A stretch of DNA of 61,733 nucleotides from a virus (taxonomy: Duplodnaviria; Heunggongvirae; Uroviricota; Caudoviricetes): the IMG/VR virus record IMGVR_UViG_3300035208_003871; one strand, 5' to 3'. Below the pieces are notes generated by a model that saw nothing but the letters and a program-made list of their open reading frames with translations, was not told the origin of the DNA and did no database searches. Shown piece after piece: positions 36,196 through 44,225 of this stretch. Each line of letters opens with the position of its first letter. Position 1 is the stretch's first letter. A program made the position numbers and the translations under genes.

Positions 36196-37428
36196 TTGTC
36201 TCTGATAGTAGATGCTATCGAAATTGAGCAATGGATTAAGAAAGGATTAGAAAAAACTCTTCATACTGAAGGGTTTCCAAGTATCACACCTGAGGATCAC
36301 GATGAGTCTCTTAAACAAAAAGTTAAACAAAATGTTAACTCTAGTGAATTAACTATGACGAGCTACAACTACAAAGAAATTGCGGAAAAGTATAAATCAG
36401 ATGCTGAAACCGTAAAAGAAGCAATCGCTGCACTCGAAAAAGAAATCCGATCTCTCTCACCAAAGGAATCTGATGAAGTTTATCAGTTCCTTGTAATGCA
36501 GGGTATTGGAAACAAACTCATGAAATCTTCACCTTTGGATTTTGCAAAAGAAAATGCAGAAGAATTCAACGGTGTTATTCTCGCCGTTTCCAAAGTTCGT
36601 GATCTCAACGACTACCCAAAAAGACAGGCTTGGAAGCTTCTTCGCGAGAACCAACAGCTTGCACTCTCAAGTGGCAAGATTCGCCTCGAAAAAGATGATA
36701 ATGGCGTCGAACGGAAGATCCCAATTGATATGGAACCAACACTCCGTGACGGAAGTGCAAATCCCAATTATAAACAGCCCATTCCATACAAGCGTGCCCG
36801 TGAACTCTTCATGATCCTGAACGACACTGGAGAACTCGCGCTTGTTCGTATGGATATCGACAACGTAAACATTGGTCAAAAATCCACAATTTACGGCAAA
36901 AAGTCAGCTGTAAAAGACAAACCATACAAATCAGTTATTCGCGGATGGCATGGTGCTTATGAAGAGAGTGGCGCATATAACACTGCATGGCAGCTTGCAG
37001 AAAAACTCTACGATTCATTCTACACAGAGACAAAATTCAAGGATGAAAATGGAAACTACTCGACAGTAGTTCATCAGAAAATCACCGCTGCAGATGTTGC
37101 AAACCTTCCATCATATGGATATTACGTAACTCGTGGTTATGTTGATGGCATTTCCCAGAACAATGATGGTACGAAGACATATCTTACCGTGTCAGACGAT
37201 GATGGTAACAAGGTTCGGTCATCAACCGGTTATGAATCTATCATGGCTGACATTGATAACCTTGCAAATGGCGACGAAGTAATCATCGTGATCGAGCGAA
37301 ATTCCTTCAAGAATAACGAAGGTCAGTATGTTCCCTACAATGTCCTTATGGGAGTTACTAAGAACAACGCAGGAAATACATTCTCCGATGCATTGAAGAG
37401 ACTCAATTCATTGAGAGGTAACAAATAA
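36196..37428 (+). CDS. Hypothetical protein, possibly OB-fold ssDNA-binding
   Basis: 410 aa ORF; position before ATPase, nuclease and polB; beta-rich C-terminus (function is inference). Confidence 0.5.
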   Translation: MSLIVDAIEIEQWIKKGLEKTLHTEGFPSITPEDHDESLKQKVKQNVNSSELTMTSYNYKEIAEKYKSDAETVKEAIAALEKEIRSLSPKESDEVYQFLVMQGIGNKLMKSSPLDFAKENAEEFNGVILAVSKVRDLNDYPKRQAWKLLRENQQLALSSGKIRLEKDDNGVERKIPIDMEPTLRDGSANPNYKQPIPYKRARELFMILNDTGELALVRMDIDNVNIGQKSTIYGKKSAVKDKPYKSVIRGWHGAYEESGAYNTAWQLAEKLYDSFYTETKFKDENGNYSTVVHQKITAADVANLPSYGYYVTRGYVDGISQNNDGTKTYLTVSDDDGNKVRSSTGYESIMADIDNLANGDEVIIVIERNSFKNNEGQYVPYNVLMGVTKNNAGNTFSDALKRLNSLRGNK

Positions 37429-37436
37429 TTTTTTCG

Positions 37437-37661
37437 GTGATGATCATGTCAGAAACAATCAATGAATCAGTTCCTGAAGTATTTACACCTGTAGAAAGTG
37501 TACCAATTGAAAATGTTGTACCACGAGAAGATCCGGTTGTTGTTCCATCAATGACTAAGGAGCAGATTGAGCAGATGCATCAAATCAAGGAAGGATTAAC
37601 AATTGTTATCCTTGTATCTTCATTTGCATTAATCATCACTAAGGTTGCGGGTGTTTGGTAA
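37437..37661 (+). CDS. Small protein with C-terminal TM helix
   Basis: GLTIVILVSSFALIITKVAGVW. Confidence 0.55.
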   Translation: MMIMSETINESVPEVFTPVESVPIENVVPREDPVVVPSMTKEQIEQMHQIKEGLTIVILVSSFALIITKVAGVW

Positions 37662-37960
37662 TGGTAGATAACCAGAAATTCTGTATTACCTGTGCTCATT
37701 ACGTCAGAAAATCTCCATTAGGAAAGTCAAGCTCTGGAGATTGCACACTCGATCCAGCATGGGCAATGGTAAAACTTCCGGTAACACACTGGTGCAGTCA
37801 TTGGATATCTGGCATTCAGCGTTTCTCCAATGAAATTTACAAATCTCCAGATGCAACTGATATACCAGCAGTTATAGTTAAACCGGATACCACAATCCAA
37901 ACCGAGCTCAACACAATAATTGATACAGCAAGCAGCAAAAAATCACCAAAGGTGCGGTAA
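37655..37960 (+). CDS. Small Cys/His metal-binding protein
   Basis: CITCAHY...C...HWCSHW. Confidence 0.6.
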   Translation: MVMVDNQKFCITCAHYVRKSPLGKSSSGDCTLDPAWAMVKLPVTHWCSHWISGIQRFSNEIYKSPDATDIPAVIVKPDTTIQTELNTIIDTASSKKSPKVR

Positions 37961-38793
37961 TGAGTGGCGGTTGGAAGGAAGAAGCAGAAGGTTTGGAAAA
38001 GAAAAAGAAACCCTCTATTTCTAAAACAGATATAATGAATAAGTTTAAACCAGCTACTGAAATTACATCAGTATCATCACTTAAACTTGCATTATATGGA
38101 TTACCAAAAACTGGTAAAACTCATCTTGCCATTACTGCACGCAAACCTGTGTACATCATTGATACTGAAAAATCAAGCAATCTTCTATTACAGATGTTAT
38201 CAGAAGAAGATCGCAAAGACATTCATGTCCTTGATGTTATGGAATATACAGACAAGCGTGATGGAAAGAGTAACCTGAACCTCACAATGTCTCTTGAACT
38301 AATCGAAGATGCAATAGAAGCGCTTCACGACATTGCATTAGTATCACCAGTTAAGGGAACCATTGTATTAGATAGTGCATCCGATCTATGGGATTTTCTG
38401 AAATCATGGCTTAATGAAGATGTTGACGATAAAAAAGTCACCAAAGACGGGCGCATGATGCAGGTAGAATGGTCAAAACCAAATGCTCGCTATACCGAGA
38501 CAATGAGATTACTTATCAAAGCCGGTTGGAATGTCATCTTAACATTCAGAGCAGAAGAAGTCTTTGGATCAAAGGGAGAGCGCCTTGGAGTTTATAAACC
38601 AAAGGGTCAGAAAGATACACTCTTCTGGGTAGATCAAATCGTGGAAATGCAACAAATCGGCAATAATCACATATTAAGATTCCATGGTGGAAGATTTGGA
38701 GATCTCCAAGGATCAGAACTCACAAATCCTGCGTGGAAAGATTTAATCGACTTTTTATCATTGAAATCCGGTGTGAAGTTCGCAGAGAACTAA
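37960..38793 (+). CDS. AAA_24/RecA-like phage recombination ATPase
   Basis: LYGLPKTGKT, IIDTE, IVLDSASD. Confidence 0.8.
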   Translation: MSGGWKEEAEGLEKKKKPSISKTDIMNKFKPATEITSVSSLKLALYGLPKTGKTHLAITARKPVYIIDTEKSSNLLLQMLSEEDRKDIHVLDVMEYTDKRDGKSNLNLTMSLELIEDAIEALHDIALVSPVKGTIVLDSASDLWDFLKSWLNEDVDDKKVTKDGRMMQVEWSKPNARYTETMRLLIKAGWNVILTFRAEEVFGSKGERLGVYKPKGQKDTLFWVDQIVEMQQIGNNHILRFHGGRFGDLQGSELTNPAWKDLIDFLSLKSGVKFAEN

Positions 38794-38819
38794 CACCATT
38801 CTTATTTTTAGGCAACATA

Positions 38820-39611
38820 ATGGATAAAATAAATGAATTAAATGATGAAATACTATATAAAGTAGAAATAGATTGGGATTCTTGTGGCGATTACACCTCA
38901 AAGAGTCGGATTTCCACGTACACCTTTTGCCCGCTCCAATATAAAAAAAAATATGTTGATGGTATAAGAGATACTAGCTTCAATTATGCCATGACTGTAG
39001 GAAGTCGGTTTCACGAATTCGCTGATAACTTTTTTGATTTTGCACCCATTTATCCGAAAGACAAATGGGAAGATTTTATTCATTCGGACTTCAATGATAA
39101 TGAGCGTATTTCTTTATCGTGGTTTATTAATCAGGAGAGAGAACGCCTCGAACTGTTTGATGGAGATATGGATCTCTGGATGCCTATAGTTCGTGAATGT
39201 AAGATTGTAGATCCATTACATAAACTAAGGGGAATCGTTGATCGGGTGGACAAAATCAATGATTTATACATAATCGTTGAATATAAAACATCAAAGAGTA
39301 TTTACAAACCAAGCTTGCAGCGCGAATTTGGATTTTATAAGATACTATTACAAGCTGATCCACGATTTAAAGGTAAGAAATTCCTCGGATGTGTAATTAA
39401 CCCGCGATTAAAACAAATAGAATTTATGAATCCATCACGCGAGTCAACCGTGGAAAAAATGATATTTAACCTACGAGAATCAGTTGCTAATGGCATCTAT
39501 ATTCCAACATGCTCCGGTGCTAAATTTGCCATGTGTGGCCTATGCACTTCCTGTGAGGAAGCTAACTTATATCAAGAGTATAAAAACCTTGGTAATATGC
39601 ATGGCATATAA
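38820..39611 (+). CDS. Cas4/AddB-like PD-(D/E)xK exonuclease with Fe-S Cys
   Basis: FCPLQY, GSRFHE, RGIVDRVD, IVEYKTS, C-terminal C...C..C...C. Confidence 0.85.
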   Translation: MDKINELNDEILYKVEIDWDSCGDYTSKSRISTYTFCPLQYKKKYVDGIRDTSFNYAMTVGSRFHEFADNFFDFAPIYPKDKWEDFIHSDFNDNERISLSWFINQERERLELFDGDMDLWMPIVRECKIVDPLHKLRGIVDRVDKINDLYIIVEYKTSKSIYKPSLQREFGFYKILLQADPRFKGKKFLGCVINPRLKQIEFMNPSRESTVEKMIFNLRESVANGIYIPTCSGAKFAMCGLCTSCEEANLYQEYKNLGNMHGI

Positions 39612-39656
39612 TTATTAAGCATAAGAAATAATTCATATAGAGGGCACACAAACAGA

Positions 39657-40013
39657 ATGACTAACATATCATTGGGAAAACCCGATACGTTATCTCAACC
39701 AGTTGATATAACAAATCGTACTGAAAATTCAGAAAAATCTAAAAAATTTACCATGCTTTTTAATAAAATATCAGGCATCCTAAATTCAAAAGATTTGCAG
39801 TACCGGGAAGACCCAATTTTTGTATTGTCCACTATCGATCTACTCACTCAGATTAAGATCAAGGCGGTTAGAGCAGAACTTACCATATATCCAGATAAAG
39901 CAGAAAAGTTAGAGGATGAATTATTGGATATAATAGTCTACAGTATGTTAACGCTTGATAAAATCTACACTGAACGTAAAGAGATCCCTGAACTTAAGAG
40001 GAACACCGCATGA
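39657..40013 (+). CDS. DUF1599/MazG-like nucleotide-modification-associated helical domain
   Basis: KDLQY...KAVR...EDELLDIIVYS pattern. Confidence 0.55.
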   Translation: MTNISLGKPDTLSQPVDITNRTENSEKSKKFTMLFNKISGILNSKDLQYREDPIFVLSTIDLLTQIKIKAVRAELTIYPDKAEKLEDELLDIIVYSMLTLDKIYTERKEIPELKRNTA

Positions 40014-40300
40014 CTGAAGACCCTATTACAATTAATTTTACATTTGATGAGCTTGCCGGACTATATTTCATTGCAAATGCAGGACTTATATCTGTTATCA
40101 TGAATACTATGACAGAGAAAGTCGAACTCAAAAATCCTGATGAAGATGCAATTCGCTACCGGGAGACTGAAGTTGGTTACCGCGAAAATATTCTGGCATT
40201 CAGAGAAAATGAAAATACAGAATCCGTTCTCGTGAAATTAGATAACATTCGCGAGTGTTTAGCTAAAGCATCTGAAGAATCCAAAAATAAACCACAATAA
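40010..40300 (+). CDS. Hypothetical protein
   Basis: Overlaps the previous stop. Confidence 0.6.
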   Translation: MTEDPITINFTFDELAGLYFIANAGLISVIMNTMTEKVELKNPDEDAIRYRETEVGYRENILAFRENENTESVLVKLDNIRECLAKASEESKNKPQ

Positions 40301-40437
40301 ATTTTAACATAAATTTTAACAATACACCAATCCAACTCAATCCAACCAATAATATAACTATTCTTACCACATCATTTGTTAATTAAAAATAATTAACATT
40401 CACAACCTTTTTCACCTGATGCATCAAATAGTATCCA

Positions 40438-42843
40438 ATGAACAACCCTTCTTCAAATAACTCAGATAACAAAGAAATAGACAAAAATCAGATTTGGATC
40501 TTAGAAGAAGCTTCATATCGTGTAAAACAGGGTCAACCAATCGTGCTTCTTTTCTCTCGTAATTACTGCAACAATAAAGAAACGGTTACTCATGAAATTC
40601 ATGGATTTAGACCATATTTTTATGCACCAATAAACGAAAAACCTGATTTACCTGCCGGTTGCGAATATTCAGAAGAAATTACAAAAGATGCTCTTGGCCG
40701 TGATGTTCGTAAAGTATACACTGATATTCCATCAACAGTACGAAAAGTGCGTGAACAATACAGTTTCACATGCATGGCAGATTATTTATTTGAAAAACGG
40801 TGGATGGCAGATAACAAAGTCTTTTACGCTTATCAATGGGTAAATAATCAAGCTATTCCAGTCGAAATAGAAGATGTAGTAAAACCACGCATCCTCTATG
40901 TAGACATAGAAGTATTATCGCCACAAGGTATATTTCCCGAACCTATAGAATCAAAATTTCCCGTAGTAAGCATTCAGATGCTCGATAGTTACACTAACGA
41001 CATAACTGTATTAACTGCTGGAAATCTCTACGTAGATGGAAAAAAATACAATATACCCCAAACTGATGCTGAAGATCACATCGCATGTAAATCAGAAGAA
41101 GAACTATTCAAAGTATTCCAAGAATACATAAAAATAACAGATCCGGATCTCATCACAATGTGGAACGGGGATAAGTACGATTTACCATACTTAATTAGGC
41201 GGGCCAGCAACCTCAAAATAAGCATCAGTGGATTGGGTAGATTGGGTAGACCAATGGCAATATACGAACCCGGTGATGATAAATTCAATCTTCGTATTCC
41301 CGGACGATCCACTCTCGATATGATGTCTGCATTCAAAGTTTTCTATAAAAAGAAAGCGCAGCGCGAAAGTTACGATTTAAAAACAGTTTCGGCAGATTAT
41401 GGATTCCCATATGCTGATTACGGTTACAAATTGGCAGAAGTTCTCGGTAACAAAGATTATGTAACCTTTCTTCAATACTGCCGTAATGATGTTATAGCAC
41501 TGAAAAACATCGATGATAAAGTTGGATTATTTAACTTTTATGAAACCCTACGCAAAATCGCCGGTTGTAAACTTGATAACACACTCCACAATTCCGTAAT
41601 CATCGAATCCCTGTTAGTAAAATATGATATATTACCAATGCCTACTAAAAATCGAAATCTCGCACCAGTAAACTTCGAGGGAGCACTTGTATTAACACCA
41701 CCTTGTGGTATATTTGAAAATGTCGGCACCGTAGATCTTGCAGCTCTATATCCAACCGTAATGCGTGCATTTCCGGGAAGATGTTGTCCTGATGCTTACA
41801 TGAAAGTTGTAGAAGTTCTCGAACTTGTAGTGGATGAACGTGAACGATATCGGGCAATAAATAAAACGGATGAATCGACAGATCTCACAGAACTTATAGA
41901 ATACATTTACAAAGTTTTAGCAAACAGTTTTTACGGAGCACTTGGTCTTCAATCTTTCAGATTATTCAAAGAATCATGCGCATCATCAGTGTGTGAAATC
42001 GGGCGTGATGTTGATCGATTTGTTCATTCAAAATTGCGTTCGTATGGTAAGTCTGTTTTGTATTCTGACACTGATTCGAGTTTCTTTTCTCAATTAGAGA
42101 CCGTAGAAGAGGGATTGGATATACAAGAAAAGTTGAATAAAGATCTCATTGAATGGGGAGAACAAAAAGGTGCTCGTGTACATTTTTCATTAAAATTCGA
42201 AAAACTCTATGATCGTATATTATTCAAAAAAGACACCGATTATAAAAAGAAGTATTCTTGGGACGACGATGTAGGTAAGAAAAAGAAATACATTGGTAAA
42301 CTAAAGTGGAAAGAAGGTAAGGATGCAGAATACCTGCGAGATCATGGTGAAGAACTCAATTTTATGGGATTAGAGCTTGTCCGATCAGATAACTCGAAAT
42401 TTACTAAACAAATCCTTCGTGAATTCTTCAACATTGTATTAATGGATGGTGATATCGATAAAGCATCGCAGTACATACGTGACTCTTATCAAAAAGCAAA
42501 AACCGGTCAAGTAGATTACCGTGACATTTCTATCCCCAAAGATGTTCGCAAAGTATCAAAAACCGACAATCCATGGAAACGAGGAATAGAAAACACCAAA
42601 AATACATTCAATTACATTATCCCAGACGGAACAAAACCACGTCTTATATTCGTAAAAGATTATCCTTATGAATTCTGCATAGACGATGAAATAGACATTG
42701 GAGAATGGAAAGAAAAAATAGATTGGGATACCATGCTTGATAAAACCGTCACTAAAAAACTTAAAACATATGCTGAATCTGCAGGTATATCATGGGATCG
42801 ATTTGTTCATGGTCAACAAACCATTGATCAATGGTTCAAATAA
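40438..42843 (+). CDS. polB: Family B DNA polymerase with 3'-5' exonuclease
   Basis: VDIEV, WNGDKYD, DLAALYP, KVLANSFYG, YSDTDS, GLELVRSD. Confidence 0.95.
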   Translation: MNNPSSNNSDNKEIDKNQIWILEEASYRVKQGQPIVLLFSRNYCNNKETVTHEIHGFRPYFYAPINEKPDLPAGCEYSEEITKDALGRDVRKVYTDIPSTVRKVREQYSFTCMADYLFEKRWMADNKVFYAYQWVNNQAIPVEIEDVVKPRILYVDIEVLSPQGIFPEPIESKFPVVSIQMLDSYTNDITVLTAGNLYVDGKKYNIPQTDAEDHIACKSEEELFKVFQEYIKITDPDLITMWNGDKYDLPYLIRRASNLKISISGLGRLGRPMAIYEPGDDKFNLRIPGRSTLDMMSAFKVFYKKKAQRESYDLKTVSADYGFPYADYGYKLAEVLGNKDYVTFLQYCRNDVIALKNIDDKVGLFNFYETLRKIAGCKLDNTLHNSVIIESLLVKYDILPMPTKNRNLAPVNFEGALVLTPPCGIFENVGTVDLAALYPTVMRAFPGRCCPDAYMKVVEVLELVVDERERYRAINKTDESTDLTELIEYIYKVLANSFYGALGLQSFRLFKESCASSVCEIGRDVDRFVHSKLRSYGKSVLYSDTDSSFFSQLETVEEGLDIQEKLNKDLIEWGEQKGARVHFSLKFEKLYDRILFKKDTDYKKKYSWDDDVGKKKKYIGKLKWKEGKDAEYLRDHGEELNFMGLELVRSDNSKFTKQILREFFNIVLMDGDIDKASQYIRDSYQKAKTGQVDYRDISIPKDVRKVSKTDNPWKRGIENTKNTFNYIIPDGTKPRLIFVKDYPYEFCIDDEIDIGEWKEKIDWDTMLDKTVTKKLKTYAESAGISWDRFVHGQQTIDQWFK

Positions 42844-42949
42844 AAAAGGGGCGTTCACTTCGTTCACTAAACCCATTAAACCCCTAATAAAATAAATATA
42901 AATTTTTATATCATACATTAAACAAATCTTGATATACAATAAACATCTA

Positions 42950-43027
42950 TACTTAACGTACCCCACAGTAACAAGACTCGCAAGAACAGGAAACCTATTT
43001 CTTCCTGTTTTTTGTTTTGTTCAGACT
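42950..43027 (+). ncRNA. Hairpin small-RNA unit, copy 3 of 5
   Basis: TACTTAA, 13 nt, AACAAGAC/GTTTTGTT, AAGAACAGGAA/TTCCTGTTTTT, GTTCAGACT overlapping the stop of the convergent gene. Confidence 0.6.
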
Positions 43028-43842
43028 GATTTGTCGGTGATGCGCAGTTTGGTATAATATTGATGGTAGTCGGGTGTGCGATCTGGGATTTCGGCCAAAC
43101 TTCTCCCGCGAACAATTAAGTCATCTCTGATTTTGCAAAGCATCTCATATCTAATTTGTATACCAAATTTGAGTCGTATAAATCCGTCATTTTGCTCTTC
43201 GAGTTTTTCTAATAAATCTAACTGAGATTGCGATGCTGTATCACGCTGATTGCACCCTGCTTCTTTTGCAGTTTTTCCAAATATAACTACATTTAACATA
43301 TCCGCTTCTGTAGCATATACCAGCCATTTCATTTCGTCCGGAACATCATATAACAAATGGTCTTTAATCGCGTCAGTCATACCCTTATACTTTAACTTAG
43401 TTGCCTCGCGCCGCGCCCACCATTGCGGAACTTTATAATAATCTAAATGTTTTCCAAATGTCTTGATAACATATCTTTGAAAATCTGAAACTTTTTCACC
43501 CACGGTTGGATCTTCCATGCGAGATGGTGTTATCTTCATTAAGTACATCGTCATACCATCACGAGTTAAACACTTTAGTTTAACTTTACCACTCTTTGAA
43601 GTGGTTGACGTAACGTATACCACTGTAGAAAACTCACTAAATTCATTTTTGCCTCTTGAAAGGATTTTAGATTGGGTATCTTTATTAATTCCAAGTGCTT
43701 TTGAGATATCTGCTACCGGGATAACCCATCCCATATCAGCGGTGCATATGAACCGCACTGGTATATTAAAGACTTCTCCTTCAATCATAAGTGGATCACC
43801 CGTTCTCAATGAGTGATCTTCTGCTCGTGTTATATCGAACAT
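43021..43842 (-). CDS. BRO/Rha-type antirepressor-like DNA-binding protein
   Basis: VADISKALGI N-domain; TDAIKD...EADMLNVVIFG...NQRD C-domain shared with 45784..46503. Confidence 0.7.
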   Translation of the reverse strand: MFDITRAEDHSLRTGDPLMIEGEVFNIPVRFICTADMGWVIPVADISKALGINKDTQSKILSRGKNEFSEFSTVVYVTSTTSKSGKVKLKCLTRDGMTMYLMKITPSRMEDPTVGEKVSDFQRYVIKTFGKHLDYYKVPQWWARREATKLKYKGMTDAIKDHLLYDVPDEMKWLVYATEADMLNVVIFGKTAKEAGCNQRDTASQSQLDLLEKLEEQNDGFIRLKFGIQIRYEMLCKIRDDLIVRGRSLAEIPDRTPDYHQYYTKLRITDKSV

Positions 43843-43911
43843 ATATACATGTAGTTTTATTAGAATAAATGTTCACTTATAGTCCATTACTTAAAATTTA
43901 CAAATGCGAAA

Positions 43912-43920
43912 CTTTTAAAT
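43912..43920 (+). promoter_or_regulatory. TATA-like box upstream of the Y-like RNA/tRNA/Ro60 locus
   Basis: TTTTAAATA about 30 nt before U6. Confidence 0.5.
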
Positions 43921-43941
43921 ACTTGCGCGTTGACCTATTGT

Positions 43942-44023
43942 ATGTCAAAACAGGTTGGGCAGCAAAGGGATACTTCAATGAAAATGAAACAAAGCCCGAT
44001 GCGACTTGATCTCCTGTAGACAT
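43942..44023 (+). ncRNA. Y-RNA-like module U6 with Phe(GAA)-like 7 nt loop
   Basis: ACAGG TTGGGCAGCAAA GGG ATACTTC ... CCC GATGC GACTT GATCT CCTGT; TTCA-ATGAAAA-TGAA. Confidence 0.82.
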
Positions 44024-44030
44024 TAATATT

Positions 44031-44167
44031 GGGATGGTAGCTTAGCCCGGTAGAGCGCATAAATTTCTCTAATCGCTTGACCTCTAATAAGCAATTATTA
44101 GCTGGGTAGATGTGAGTTACTTCGATTTGTAATCGTGAGATCGAGAGTTCGAATCTCTCCCGTCCCG
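44031..44167 (+). tRNA. tRNA-Thr(TGT) interrupted at 28/29 by permuted Y-like module U7 (44060-44122)
   Basis: Removing 63 nt restores CACGA-TT TGT AA-TCGTG in a perfect cloverleaf; insert = 3' motif strand, GCAA tetraloop, 5' motif strand. Confidence 0.85.
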
Positions 44168-44181
44168 TAAATTAAGTCTAC

Positions 44182-44189
44182 TTTTTTTT
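44182..44189 (+). terminator. Oligo-T archaeal terminator candidate
   Basis: T8 tract right after the tRNA and before the Ro60 leader. Confidence 0.5.
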
Positions 44190-44225
44190 GGAGATCTGCC
44201 CGCGACCTGCAGTCAGGAGTGCAGC

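Noticed and set aside
44060-44122. Ordinary BHB intron at a non-canonical position
   Set aside because: I tried both 28/29 and 29/30 registers and neither gives the 4 bp central helix with two 3 nt bulges; a relaxed BHL cannot be fully excluded.
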